64,000 bases of DNA from Azolla caroliniana (lineage: Eukaryota > Plantae > Polypodiophyta), in the NCBI GenBank assembly GCA_043228905.1, contig JBHGNT010000021.1:10726001-10790000 (forward strand), written 5' to 3'. The stretch's first letter is position 1. Each line of letters starts with the position of its first letter. Under the pieces are notes generated by a model. That model did not search any database and had not been told where the DNA came from. It saw only the letters and a program-made list of their open reading frames with translations. Below are positions 1-13,061 of the stretch, in pieces. A program made the translations under genes and the position numbers.

Positions 1-1226
1 ACATTTTGATGTTGTGAGGCTATTAAGGACGTTTTTCATTTCATACATGAAAATATTCATGTGTGAATTGATTCAAATCTGACCTATTCTGATTTGATTT
101 CATCAGCAAAGAAGTATTGTTGTTCCCCTTTAGGAAGAATAATGCCTTGGATTTTGGCTTATTCTAGGAAGTACGAAGAGTCAATTGGAACATTTGGTTC
201 TTTAGGAATTTTCCATTGATCAACTTCATTTCCCAAAATTCATATTCCATTTTCTACAAGCATTAAAAAGTCTAGAAAAGTGGAAGATGGCCATAATGAG
301 GCATTTCGTTAAACAAAGCTTTTACCTTTGTGAAGTTCCCAATAGAACCAAGTAGAATCACGATGTGCATGTAGGTTTCTAGAGTAAGAGTGAGACAATA
401 AGCAACAAACATTTCATTGAACATTTTCTTGCCTCTTGATTTGCTTGGCTACATGTTAGTGAGTAACTCATTCAAGGTTAGTCAACCTAACTTTTCCTCG
501 GTGTCTTATAGAGATGCAAAACTACTTTAGCGTAACTTGATCATAATCTCTAGCTTACTTGCTTCTTTCGTAGATGTACAATTTTCGTAAGCGAATGCAA
601 CTTAACTCGTTGACCGTTATCCTTTAATGCACTTTTTGGTGAAGCATCATGCGGTCCTTATAAAACTTAGGATGTACATGCTTCATCTTCACTTTACCTT
701 TAACTTTGGCTACTTTGTAGACCAAAGCCTAGTAGTCTACATAAGTGACCATCTTATCTATTATCATTGAAGGGTCAGTAACCTCAAGTGACAGACCATA
801 TACGTTGTTGACATCCTCCTTTGTCTCGTAGAACTTCACAAAGTTCAACACCCTGGAATGGGAGGAACTAGTCCTAACATCATTATATGTTAATTAAACT
901 AGACATGTGTAACACATCCACATATTCCCACAACATGATTCTAACCCTTATTGGCATAAAAGGTTGACTCCTTCCAAATTGTATCCTTAAGTGTGAACAC
1001 GTTCCCAAGTTAGGGCTCGAGTATATAAGCTTAATTGTAACATTGTAAAGAGAGAGAAAGTTTACAGAACAGAAATATAGTTTCCATTAGAGCTTCAATT
1101 TGTGCATCTTTCTTCTTGCACATTGTTCATATTCTGCTTCTCTATCTTGTACATGTTGTTTACTTGACTCATCATCTCGCAGGTTCTCATTATCCGTTGC
1201 CCACCACTATCATATCCCACAACAAG

Positions 1227-1410
1227 TGGTATCAGAGCGACCTTGCTGTTCAATGGCAACAAATAACAGAAAGCTGAGAAATAGAAGCTATCCAGTTGAG
1301 AGAAAAGCTCGAGCTAGCAAAACCTCACTTCTAGAAGATGGCTTCTACATTTGGCACAAACGTGGAAATCTAGAAGTTTGACGGAAAGAACTTTGCCTTA
1401 TGGAAGAAGA
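1227..1410 (+). mobile_element. Copia remnant: tRNA-iMet PBS and start of gag (upstream LTR ends ...CAACA at 1224; its 5' boundary is not resolved)
   Basis: TGGTATCAGAGC at 1227-1238. ATG at 1338 reads MASTFGTNVEI*KFDGKNFALWK, a Copia gag N-terminus (KFDGxNFxLWK), then breaks off. Confidence 0.75.
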
Positions 1411-1618
1411 TATGTACTCATCATTCAACGTCAAATCGGGGCAATATGACACAACAACAACTCGGCCTTGATGACAACAAACTAATGGCGCTCCTTGGAT
1501 GAGATCGCAAGATCGACCATTCAGATGCACTGAGTCACTTGTAACAACGACTTTTGACCCCGTAAACACCAATCAATCCACGGTTGTTCTCTTGTCTGCA
1601 TAGGTAAGGGACCTTGCA

Positions 1619-2215
1619 TCAATGCAATATTCTGTAGTTGTTGCCAAATAAACCCATAATTAGGTGGGATGCAAATATCTTATCCCTCTTCTTCCACAAC
1701 AAATATCGAAGAGGTTGCAAAACAGAATGCAAAACCTTCTTTGTCCATGGCAACAATGACAAATAATATAATATCATGGGTTCCATAATACATTGTACAA
1801 CTTTCAAGCGTATATGAAATGGCCAAGATTGTGACTTCCAATACATGAACTTATCCCTCAACTTACTAGACATCCATTCAATCAATTGACCATTTGTAAC
1901 ATTCATTCCTAATGGATAGCCCAAGTGTCCAAAAATAGAGCCTTTCTTCACCATGGATAATTGCCATCCTAAACATTCTAAATCCCTTTTAGTACATGAT
2001 ATGAGACTAGACTTTCTCCAAGTGATATGTAATCCAGAAGCCAATGCAAATTGATTCCATACAAGCATCCCCTCCTCAAGATTCTCTCGTGAGGCTTGTA
2101 GAAACATGAAAGAATCATCAACCAAAGCTTGTGCTACTAGTTGCCCTCCAGACGGAAGGTGTAGACCCACAATGTCACCATTTGTTGCAAGCCTTGATAG
2201 CATCACTAACAATGC
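1619..2215 (-). pseudogene. LINE (L1-like) ORF2 reverse transcriptase C-terminal fragment
   Basis: ORF 1619..2245 contains AQALVDDSFMFL (FADD-like), FALASGLHITWRKS, HLGYPLG and RLKVVQCI, typical of the RT thumb region of plant L1 elements. Confidence 0.8.
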
Positions 2216-2219
2216 CCTT

Positions 2220-4738
2220 GTCGAAATCGAGGAACTCCGTACCAATCTCCAACAAGCCCAACAACAAGAAGTCTAGCTGCTTGTGCAATTCGACTCAACC
2301 TTCAAGCAAAAGAGGACCAGGCTACAACGACAGTGCCAACAATAAAGGATGAATCGACTGCCACGCTGCAGCAACAGAAAGAAAACTTCCACCAGTTCCT
2401 TCACATCCAAAATGAAGAGCTCATCGAGCTAAAACGCGAGCACAAGGAGCTACAACGAGACTTTAGCAAGTAACACCAATTGATGTGTGACATGGATAGT
2501 CGGCTCCATGTGTTAGATGACTCCCTCCGGTATCAACAGAAAATGGCCAAAACAAGAACTAGGGCAATGCAAAGAGGAGGCTGAGGAAGAGAGCGCTAGG
2601 GTCATTGGCAAGTTCAAGTAGGATACAGAATTGTGTGAAAAAAAGATTGACGGGATCATCTCCTCTTTATATATTACAAAATCAAAGCTCGAACTCGAGG
2701 CCCAAACCATCACAAGCAAATTGCAATCGCTGCGAGCCAAATATGAGGTGGGCGAAGCCTGAGTCAAATCCTTCGAGGCAAAACATTGACAGTGGTTGAA
2801 TAAGATCGTACAGGATTCTCTAGCTCGGGGATGGAACGATTGGTCGGCACAAGAGGCCGAATTACAAATACTCCGAGCTGATGTAGACAATCACAAAAAG
2901 GAAGGCTGTAGATTTTATAATATGGACGAGAACAACATTTAGTTGCTTCAAGAGGACCTCATAGTAGAATTCCATGCCTTGGAACATATGCACACCATGA
3001 CGATTGGAACCCTCCTTGAGGAATTCATTGATGAGCAACTCCAACTCGCCATTGATTTGGATATATATGAACACAAGCTACTATAGGCCGAGGCCGAAAT
3101 GGTGGTTCGAATGCAAGGAGAAGAAGAAGCCTCCCAAGAGAGCTCACCCGAGCTCGTGACAACACGGGGACACGAGGAGTGGATAGACGAGTAGCCGATA
3201 CGCGAGGAGCAAGAGCAAGGAGATTTGGACAACTGACATAACGACTAAGAGGATGCACCCCACGAACCAGCCTAGTAGACAACTACGGAGGAGGACATGA
3301 GCGGGGAGCAACCCATGATCGAGGAGCAAGCGGCATAGATTGAATACTTGGCTGATTTTGTGGACAAAGCAGATGACTCGCAACAGTCGGAGAGCATCTT
3401 GCCCATTTTGGTAGAAGAATAACGTATATTATCAATTTCCGATTCTTTCGATTTTTTTTTGTGATTTTCGAGTTTTTGTTTCTTTTTTGTGGGTTCAATG
3501 TGCAAGGCATTGTCCCATGGGCGTGCCAGGTGTTATCTGATGGGACAAATGTAACAAGTGTGAAAAATATCAAAAAGAGCCGAGCACTAGCAACTGAACA
3601 AAGGAAGCCGAATATCAAGAAAGGAACGGGTGGAAAGTGCCAAGCAGAAGGGAACTATATATATCAGGGATTAGCGAACAGAAAAAGGATGGGAGATATA
3701 GAATATTACAATAGGAATAGACTAATAGAGAGCAACTGGGTGTTTACCAAGTATACTTGGTACTTGTATATGTATGCTACACTTTAATCAAATATATACA
3801 TCGTGTGGGTAATTAGAGACAAGATTCAATGATCAACAATGCAGCATACACGACAACTTCACAAGAGGATATGCCCATAAAGGTATGTGAAAGAGAACAC
3901 ACCCATACATACCAAGGAATACTCATGGTTTTTGTGGAATAACAATAAACAAACAGGAATGAGAGCACCTACAAATTGGGATCATTTATAGGATAAAGTT
4001 GGAGGCATGGCTAATAATGGCATTTCAATTCTAAATGTAGAGAATATTTCAATATATTAGATACAATGAAAATGTAGAGTTTCAACTATCTTGAAATGTA
4101 TATTTAAATTCAAATGGGATACAATCAAAATGTAAAGTTAAATGTATATTATAATTCAATATAAACCGATGGAATGGATTTGAATCCAAATGGGTGTTGT
4201 GGCAATTTAACCAAGTAAATGGATTTTAGATGTAACAATGAAATTCCAAAGTTAAAGTTATATTATAATTCAAAAGGTTAAAGACAATAAACCACAATAT
4301 GTTATAGACAATAAACCAAATGAATGGAAAACGAATAAAACTTAGATTTAAATGTAAATTATCAATGTATTGCAAAAGATATTATACAGTAGTTCATAGA
4401 TCTCTAATGACAAAATGTTTCACATAGCAATCAATGACATCTCTATTTTGTTATACACCTATATCTATATAAAGTTTGGTTTGTGTAGAGACATATATAT
4501 AAGATCGGTTGTAGTAGCCGATCTCGCAGTGTATCCTTCTTAATTCTCCAATCGTGATTCCACCCCATGTGGGACAGTCTAAATAATGATCACGGGCCCC
4601 AGGAAGTCATATAACCGTAACAACACGGTTAACGATTTGAGTAGCATGTTGTGACCCAACTCTTCTTCGCACCACAATACCTTGACCTGATTACATAGGA
4701 GGGGGTAATCGGAAGTGTTTCTCCAGGATGGAGCAACA
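2220..4738 (+). mobile_element. 3' part of a non-chromoviral Gypsy element: decayed coiled-coil extra ORF (about 2220-3390) and probable 3' LTR (3531 to about 4738)
   Basis: EAELQILRADVDNHKKEG..FYNMDE (near 2850-2930) matches ATELQLLWANAENRRKEGDEVYILDK in the extra ORF at about 36640-36720. The motif CCCAYGGGCGTGCCAKG precedes TGTTA at both 3531 and 46432. Copia gag resumes right after ...GCAACA at 4738. Confidence 0.55.
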
Positions 4739-5045
4739 GACCCAAGGGCATTGCACAACTCCTTGATCTTTAAGGTGTAGCTGGTGACCGACATGTCCCT
4801 TTGTTGTATATTATTTAACTCCTGATGGAGTTGAAGTTTTCATGTAGCTGTGTTGGCTGCGAATATCTTCTTGAGGTTGCTCCAAGCTTCTTTCAACGTT
4901 TTTGACTCTCTAATATAGCCGAGCATGTGATCATGAATGCATGATGCTAGGTAGTACAACACACGACTAGCCACCTGCCCCCATGCTGGATAGTCAGCAT
5001 GTGTTGGGTTGGGTTGTGATTCTTGATCTCCTTCAATGGAACTCT
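4739..5045 (-). pseudogene. Copia gag fragment
   Basis: WGQVASRVLYYLASCIHDHMLGYIRESKTLKEAWSNLKKIFAANTAT and MSVTSYTLKIKELCNALGS are homologous to the gags at 17102-17932 and 24265-30500. Confidence 0.85.
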
Positions 5046-5049
5046 CTAT

Positions 5050-5065
5050 CTGTGTGTGTGTGAAC

Positions 5066-5102
<37 letters not shown>
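5050..5102. repeat. (TG)n/(GA)n microsatellite
   Basis: Visible dinucleotide runs. Confidence 0.9.
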
Positions 5103-5105
<3 letters not shown>

Positions 5106-5359
5106 ACAACAAGGAGCTTGTATTAGCAATGAATCAGTTACAACCAAAATACATCCAATAACAACTAAGTTACAAAACGTTGGTTTAAATACCAACTAAC
5201 CTAGGGCAACTGCCCTTTCTGCTATTTACAAAACTAGCCTAGTGTGTCCACTGCTAGTGTGAAAGTCATTTCATTCCAGGGGAAGTTGGGTTTGATTCTC
5301 AACAATCCTAATATCTATCAGTATGGGATGTTGGTGGGATGCTCAACGCAGTCTGGATG

Positions 5360-7720
5360 AATACCCAACAGATACAAAACCCGGATAGTGGTGAAAGGCT
5401 TCCAACAGAAAAAGGGAGTGGATTTCAACGAGATCTTTGCCCCGGTAGTCAAGATGACATCCTTCCAGCCTATGTTAAGAATAGTGGCAATCATGGTCCT
5501 CAAGGTAGAGCAACTAGATGTCAAGATGACGTTCCTACATGGTGACCTCGAAGAAGACATCTACATGCAATAACCGGAAGGATTCATCAAGAAAGGGAAG
5601 GAGAACCTGGTGTGCTGGTTGAAGAAGAGCTTATACGGACTGAAACAAGCTCCCCGACAATGGTTACCACAAGTTTGACTCGTTCGTGACCGATCAAGGA
5701 TAGAAAAAAACGCAGGCCGACCACTACGTGTTCTTGAAGAAATTTGAAGGAGGCGACTTCCTAATACTTCTACTGCATGTGGATGATATGCTGATCGTCG
5801 GACCAGACCGGATAAAAATCGGAAATCTGAAGAAGGCCTTGACCTGGACCTTCTCAATGAAAGATTTGGGTCTGGTGAGACAAATATTAGGGATGCACAT
5901 AGTCTGGGACCGAACGAAGAAGCTATTGTGGCTGTCACAACAGAAGTATGCGACGAAGGTGCTCCAACGATTCAGCATGTTGGATGCAAAGCCGGTCCGG
6001 TCGACATTTCCGGCAAAATGTAAGCTTTCCGGAAATCAGAGCCCGAAGACAAAGGCAGAGATGTCGGAGATGACGAAGATACCATAGGACTCTACCGTCG
6101 GAAGATTGATGTACGCACCGCAGTCAAGTGGATACTCTGGTACTTGAAAGGCACCTCGAGTATGTGCCTCTGATTCGGTTAAGGTAAACCCCAACTTCAA
6201 GGATTCATGAATTAGATATGTCGGCTGATGCGGAAGACGTAATATAGATGATGTCATAGACATATGCCACGGAGGAGTGGTCAGCCGGTTCATGAGCAAT
6301 CCAGGAGGAGAACACTAGACCGCTGTTGTGAAGATTCCGGGCCATGATGAGGAACTGGGGAATATCGGAGGAATCGGCGGGGTGGAGCATGTGCACTCAC
6401 CCTTGTACAAATCGTGTAAATGATAGGGGCTCCATCATGGCGCCGGATAGTAGTTAATTTGGGACAGGGGATCCCATGTAATAAGGGATTTATCCCACAT
6501 TGTTACGCATCCCTGTCCTTGTTCTATAAAAGGAAGGGAGCGCCCTTTGTAAAGGGGTCGCCCATTTTGAGTCATAAGGGTATACCATTTTGGTCGAGAG
6601 TCATTATGGTTAAGAATTTTCTAGGGTTAGTAACTTCTTGGTAGTCTTCTTCGTCTTCTCCTTCTTGAGAAGTTGGGGGCCGCAGCCATGGCGGCAAAGC
6701 TCTGTTAGGGTTAAGTTCTTCTTCTTTTTCTGGGTGTTGCCCAGCTCGAAGTCGGGAGTTGTATCTTCCCCTTTCACATATACATACTTTGTCTTCTCCT
6801 CATCGTGGTGTGTGGGTGCGTTGTCTCTGTATTTTGTTAGGGTTTCAGTGTCTTCCGTGTGTGCACGTAGGTGGTGTGTTCGGTTGTGGCAGGTGGCGTG
6901 CAGATTGTCTGTGCTTTCCCCGAGTTCCTGCTCATTGGCTCTTAGCACTCCGCTGTCCGGCATGTTTGCGAGTGTGTGTGTAAGTGCTGGCTTCTGTCGC
7001 TTATGCAGAGCCTGCGTGTCAGGTGGTTCGTTGGCAGGTCTCCCTCCTTGGCGCGCAAGACCCCACTTGGTTCAGTGCGCTCGTGCGGTCCCTGAAGGCG
7101 GTCGTTCTGGAAGAGGCGTGCCCTGTATGAGGGTCCCGTTGCGCGGATGAGCCTGAGAGCTCCCCGACTAGCCCTAGGGTGGAGGCTCCCTCTTCCCCTC
7201 CGTGTGGAACTAGCATGACAGTGAGCGGTGTGTGTGTCTCCGGTTAGCGTAGGGTCCGAGAGCAGGGGCGTGCGTGGTCGCCGGTGTAGAGGTGCCGGTT
7301 GTAACCGAGTGTGTATATGGGTGTGCACGAGCGTGGTTAACTGGGCCGTGTCTCGTCCCTCTTTTGGGCCCCTTGTACATACGGGCGAAATGGGCGGCAA
7401 GGACGAGGGCGCGCTCTCTCGCTTCCCGTGCGGTTACCGATCGTGTTCGGAGAGTATCCGGGATCGAACCGATCGGCAAAGCAGCAAGATCCAGAAGATT
7501 CGGGTCCCTGGCAACTCCTCCCCTCCTAGTCCATGACCCTGGTGGTCCCACCTGAATCCGACATGCAAGCGCGGATTACCGCGACACCGCAGTCAAGTGG
7601 ATACTCCGTTACTTGAAAGGCACCTCGAGTATGTGCCTCTGATTTGGTTCAGGTAAACCCCAACTTCAAGGATTCACGAATTGGATATGTTGGCTGATGC
7701 GGAAGACGTAATCTGGATGA
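5360..7720 (+). pseudogene. Copia reverse transcriptase fragment, interrupted by a solo LTR
   Basis: Motifs VKGFQQKKGVDFNEIFAPVVK, QLDVKMTFLHGDLEEDIYM, LKKSLYGLKQAPRQW, LLLHVDDMLI, MKDLG..RQILGM, GVVSRFMSNPG and AVKWILRYLKGT, with stops and frameshifts. Confidence 0.9.
6324..7586 (+). mobile_element. Solo LTR (Gypsy, related to the element at 24429-30026) with 4-bp TSD CCGC
   Basis: TGTTG...CGACA termini with CCGC at 6320-6323 and 7587-7590. The 5' part (ATCGGCGGGGTG..CATGTGCACTCACCCT, GGGATTTATCCCACATTGT) matches the reverse complement of the LTR at 29186-30026. Removing it restores the Copia reading TAVKWILRYL. Confidence 0.88.
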
Positions 7721-7744
7721 TGTCATAGACATATGCCAGGGAGG

Positions 7745-7810
7745 AAGGTAGGGATTGAACCCAAGATCTCAGGGTCTCTATTGGGCAACCCTACCAATTG
7801 AGCTACATAT
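7745..7810 (-). other. tRNA-like segment (A box and B box) inside an LTR
   Basis: The minus strand reads TGTAGCTCAATTGGTAGGGTTG...GAGATCTTGGGTTCAATCCC. No convincing full cloverleaf. Confidence 0.65.
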
Positions 7811-9404
7811 GCATCCTTGTACCAAATCTAACTTCATATAGTATAGATTTAACAGTTTCTAGCTTGCACACATTCTCATGCATTCTCATGCATACTCTAT
7901 TTCTAGCTGGCTTACATAGCGCTACTTCCTGTGTAATACTCAGGTGCACCTTGATTTTAATCAAGGTGAACAACACCAGTTACGGATTCTATAAGTTGAG
8001 TTCTTGTTCTTTTCCTCTCTTGTGTTCTAGTTTTGTCTTCGCTTTGCTCTATTATACTTGTTCGTGACAATTTCTTCACCTTCCTTTTTCTTGCTACCAT
8101 GTCCAGCTCTGTGGACAACCTAAACCAAATCATGAAAGCCTTGCAACATCTTCAGCAAGAGAATGAAATCCTTCGGGAATCATTACGAGAGTTGCAATCC
8201 GGCACTTCAAGAAATCCACCACCTGCCGAGTCACAACCACCGTCGGCACCTATCCCGACCACGTCCTCTTCCCATCCATATGTCCTCGAACCAACCATCA
8301 GCCTATTGGACAAATTCAATGGCACGAGGGTGTATCTTCGCGGCTTCATCAACCAAATTCGGCTTATCATCTAGTTACAACCCCAATGGTATGCTAGCAA
8401 CTTTTCATGGGTTGGGCTTGTCGGCACGCTTCTCTCCGGGCCGGCGCAAGCGTAGTTTGCACCCTTGATCGAGATGTCATCCCCTCTCTTAGAAAACTTC
8501 ACCGCTTTCATTAAGGAGCTCGAAGCGACATTTGGCAAGACAGACCGACGATGAACGACACTCACAAAGCTTTATTCTTTCCAACAAGGCTCACGTCCAA
8601 CTTCGGTCTACGCCTCAGAGTTCCGTCAGATTGCCTTCGATGTGAGTTGGGATGATCAAGTCCTATGCGAACATTTTTGTTGCGGCCTCCAAAATGACAT
8701 CAAGACCCTTCTCTTAAACTTCCCGGAGCCCACATCGTTGTCTCAAGTAATCTCCCAAGCTGTACAGTGTGACAATCGTCTCTTCGAACTTCATCAAGAA
8801 GAACAGGGGACTTGCGGGTCTCAGGCTTCTTCCCGAAACACATCAATTTCTAGGCCCTACTTGTCTCCCACGCCAACCTTACCATCAGCCAATGATAACC
8901 ATACCACGATGGAGGTCGATTTCCATACCCCGATGGAGATCGACCACACTTAGTTCCAACCACTAACTGAAGCCCAACGCCAACATCGTCAGGACAATGG
9001 ACTCTGTCTCTATTGTGGCAATCCCGGCCATGTCATCCACCACTGCCCCGTGTGGGGCGTGCGACACCAATTCCATCGTGCACGTCTTGCAGAGGTTCCT
9101 TGACAATAGGAAAATGACCAAGTCCGGCTGCAATAGGAGCCATGCCGCTGGATGCTTCCCGACTCCTACAATTCCTTTTCACCATTAGGTGGGTTTTCTT
9201 TGCAAGTAAGCCTTTGTTTTGGTTCGACTTCAATAAATTCTCATGCCTTACTCGATTCTGGAGCATCTACTTGCTTTATCGATAAATCATTTTTCCGTGC
9301 ACATAATATCCCCACCGTCTACACATCACAACCCATATCCGTTGATGCGATCGACTGTCGGGTTCTCTCTTTGGGGGTGGTTACCGAAGCCAGTATCTTG
9401 TTGG

Positions 9405-11234
9405 TATCATGAAAACATTAATTTTGGCCTTACATGGATTCGAGCCCAAGACATCTTGGTCTATATGTTAGACCTTTAACCATTATAATAACATATATGA
9501 TGTACAGTTATAATAAATGTATTATTTAGTTATTACAAGATATTTAGAGTATTCTAGAACATTCTAGAGTATTCGAGAACATTCTAGGATATTCCATGAT
9601 TATATTAAATATCATAAATATCTAAAATATTCTAGAACATTCTAGAATACTCCATAAGGACCTATAAATAGGTGTCTATTCATTCATCACAACTCATTTG
9701 GTTCAACACCAGTTTGTAGCCCCTTAGCCTACTCTTTGTAATCCTTGCTCTCTTATAATAAAGACTCTCTTTCCATTTCTAGTTTTACGAAGATGGCACA
9801 TTTCCTTCCATGCACGAAGACCATTACTAGCCAAGAGACAACCGATTTACTCATGTGGGAGGTGTTTCACCATCACGGTCTTCCAGATGATATTATCAGT
9901 GATCAGGGTACCCAATTCATCTCAAAGTTTTGGTGGCACATGTTCAAAATCTTACATACTTCTTGTAAACTCTCTTCCTGCTACCATCCAGAGACTAATG
10001 GGTAGAGTGAGCGCACCAACCAAACAATATCTTCGTTGTTTTGTCAACTATCAACAAGATGATTGGGTTGATCTATTACATTTGGTGGAATTTGCTTACA
10101 ACAACTCAAAACATTCTTCTACTAGATATTCCCCATTTTTTGCAAACATTGGGTACCATCCTCGTTGGACTATGCTTGAACATCCTGAATTCCCGACAAA
10201 CCCGGCTGCTGAAGATTGGCTCACCCGACTCCAAGAAGTTCAAGATATCCTTTTGCACCATTTATGTGATGCTCAAAACACTCAAAAGAAGGTTGCCGAC
10301 CGTCATCGACGTGATTCATCGACTACGTTTCAAGTGGGAGATCGAGTATGGATTTTACAAGGTTCCATTAAAACAACCCGACCTTGCTGCCAATTGGATT
10401 ATCAACGTTTTGGTCAATATGTGATATCTAGTAAGATCAATGATGTGGCATTTCGCCTTGATCTTCCCCCTCATATGCATCTTCACCCGGTCTTCCATGT
10501 TTCACTTTTGGAGCCGTACACAACCAGCTCTAGTCCACGTCGTCTTACATCTCCCCCACCTCCAATCGAAGTTTCGGATGGCTCCGAATATGAAGTTGTA
10601 GCCATTTCTGACTCCAAGATCGTTCACAACAAACTGTATTATTTGGTTGACTGGTTAGGTTATACACCTAATGATCGAACATGGGAATGTCTCGAGAATC
10701 TTGCTAATGCCTCCGAAATGGTTGCTACGTTTCACAACAAATATCCCCATAAGCCAAGTCCGAAATCTTGTCTTTCGACTTGTGGAACTCGTCGTTGAAA
10801 AGGGGAGATAATGTCATGAAGACATACATTTTTCCCTTACACGAATTCGAACCCAAGACGTCTTGGTCTATATGTTAGACCTTTAACCATTATCATAACA
10901 TATATGATGTATATTTATAATAAATGTATTATTAGTTATTACAAGATATTTAGGGTATTCTAGAACATTCTAGGATATTCCATGATTATATTAAATATCA
11001 TAAATATCTAAAATATTCTAGAACATTCTAGAATACTCCATAAGGACCAATAAATAGGTGTCTATTCATTCATCACAACTCATGCGGTTCAACACCAGTT
11101 TGTAGCCCCTTAGCCTACTCTTTGTAATCCTTGCTCTCTTATAATAAAAGCTCTCTTTCCATTTCTAGTGTTGTCTCTCTCTATACCTTCTATCGTCATC
11201 TTATCTTTCTTTCTCCTATTCTCAAGTCTCGACA
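9405..11234 (+). mobile_element. Internally deleted chromovirus nested in the previous element: 5' LTR 9405-9783 (truncated), INT-chromodomain, PPT, 3' LTR 10812-11234
   Basis: Two near-identical LTR copies, TSD GTTGG/GTTAG, PPT AAAAGGGGAGATAA before 10812. The 5' LTR is fused directly to integrase sequence (FTKMAHFLPC). Confidence 0.88.
9784..10798 (+). pseudogene. Integrase core/C-terminus with chromodomain
   Basis: HGLPDDIISDQGTQF, YHPETNG, EFAYNN, GPY/F-like region, HPVFHVSLLEP and chromodomain EYEVVAISDSK...YYLVDWLGY...TWE. Confidence 0.92.
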
Positions 11235-13061
11235 GTTAGTACTTCATCACTTTTCCAGTTGGAAAAGTCCCGACTTGATTCCTGCTAGGTCACGACACTC
11301 TCTTGATTCCTTTGCGATCGAGTCCGGTTTGGTCGCTACACTAGCCGTTGTGTCGGGGGACGTCACCGTTCCTATCAACAATTTACATGTACGATATAGT
11401 GACTTTTCCAAAATCTTCGAAAAGCGGAATGCCGATCGGTTACCAGCTCATCACCCCTAAGATTGCCCAATCGAACTCCAAGCTGGCGAGCATCCCCCAT
11501 TTGGTCCTATCTATGGGTTATCTGAACCCAAACTTGAGGCTCTCTGCACATATCTGGCGGAGAATCTCATGAAGGGCTTCATTCAACAGTCCAAATCACT
11601 GGCCGGGGCACCAATCTTATTTGTCAAAAAGAAGGACTACTCCTTATGCTTATGTGTGGACTATCGGGGTCTCAACAAAGTTATAGTGCGTAATCGTTAC
11701 CCCATGCCCTTAATTCTGGCGCTCCTCGATCGACTCTGAATTGGGCATATCTTCTCCAAAATCGACCTTCGGGGCGCCTACAATTTGGTGCGCATCAAGC
11801 CTGGGGATGAGTGGAAAACGACCTTTCGGATGCACTATGGACATTTCGAGTACAAAGTGATGCCATTCGGCCTTACCAATGCTCCTGCTGTCTTCGAACA
11901 CATGATGAACGATATTTTTCGAGAGTATCTCGGTCATTTCGTGGTCATCTACCTTGACAACATCCTAGTTTTTTCTTCCAACTGGGAGGAGCACACACAC
12001 CACCTCCGACTGGTTCTCACCAAACTCCGGGAATATGGGCTCTTCGCCAAACGTGAGAAATGCGAATTCAATAGAACCTCTGTTGAATTCCTAGGTTACA
12101 TGATCTCACCTACTGGGATCACAATGGATGAATGCAAGGTAGTGGCAATCACTGATTGGCCTCTCCCGACTCCGCTGAAAGAGGTACAATCGTTTCTTGG
12201 TTTTGCAAATTTTTATAAACGGGTTCTCTTCCCTAGTCCAACCTCTCATCCAACTTACCTGGAAAGATACTCCATTTCTTTGGACCCCCATGGCACACAA
12301 TGCTTTTAATGCCCTCAAAGCAACTTTTCTCTTTGCCCTCGTGTTAGTCCACCCTAACCCCACCCGCCCTTTCCAGGTTGAAACCGACGCCTCCGAATTT
12401 GCCATAGGTGCGGTCTTGTCTCAGCCCGACGACGATGGCACCCTGCATCCGATCGACTTCTACTCTCGGAAGTTTACAGCCCCGGAAATCAATTATCCGG
12501 TCTATGACAAGGAGCGTGCAACTATCATCTCGGCCTTCACTGAATGGAGACCCTATCTGGGTTGGGCCCAACATCGTATTCAGGTGTTAACCGACCACAA
12601 GAATCTCATCTACTTCACCACCACTCGTACGTTGAATAAGAGGCAGGCTCGTTGGTCATCTTTTCTCGCCGACTACGACTTCGAAATTTTGTTTCGACCC
12701 GACGTTCAACATGGGAAAGCGAATGCTCTCTTTCAGAGACCCAACTTTGCAGTAGGCCTAGGAGACGACGCATATTCTCAGCAATCGCATTGTTTATTGC
12801 AGCCCCATCAACTCCACATGTTTGCAACCTATATGTTGCGTGATGATTCCTTGGTGAACGAGATCGCCCAAGCAACCACGTCAGACCCTTTCATTACTGA
12901 CATCATGGTGTGCCTCAACAACCCATCCCAGGAAATGCCAAGTTCGGATCTCAGTCACTTTACAACTCAGGATGGGCTACTCTATCGTAATCACCTCCTT
13001 TACGTACCAGCTGGCACATGTCGCATCTGAGTACTACAAACTTGCCACGATGAACTTCTAT

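Larger units (their letters stand above)
7721..13055 (+). mobile_element. Tcn1-like chromoviral Gypsy element, 3'-truncated: 5' LTR 7721-8069, gag from 8099, PR, RT, RNase H
   Basis: LTR TGTCA...TGACA. Gag has DKFNGTR..LRGFINQIRL and a zinc knuckle (GLCLYCGNPGH). Protease ALLDSGAS; [12 protein letters not shown] and YLDNILV; RNase H VETDASEFAIGAVLSQ and TDHKNL. Many stops. Confidence 0.9.

Noticed and set aside
1-900. Possible coding remnants
   Set aside because: No ORF or motif I can assign with confidence; probably decayed TE sequence.
6610-7555. Overlapping 100-170 aa ORFs on both strands
   Set aside because: They lie within a GC-rich solo LTR and show no protein motifs.
7745-7810. Functional tRNA genes here and at 10835 and 52096
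   Set aside because: A and B boxes are present, but acceptor and anticodon stems do not pair convincingly; reported as tRNA-like only.
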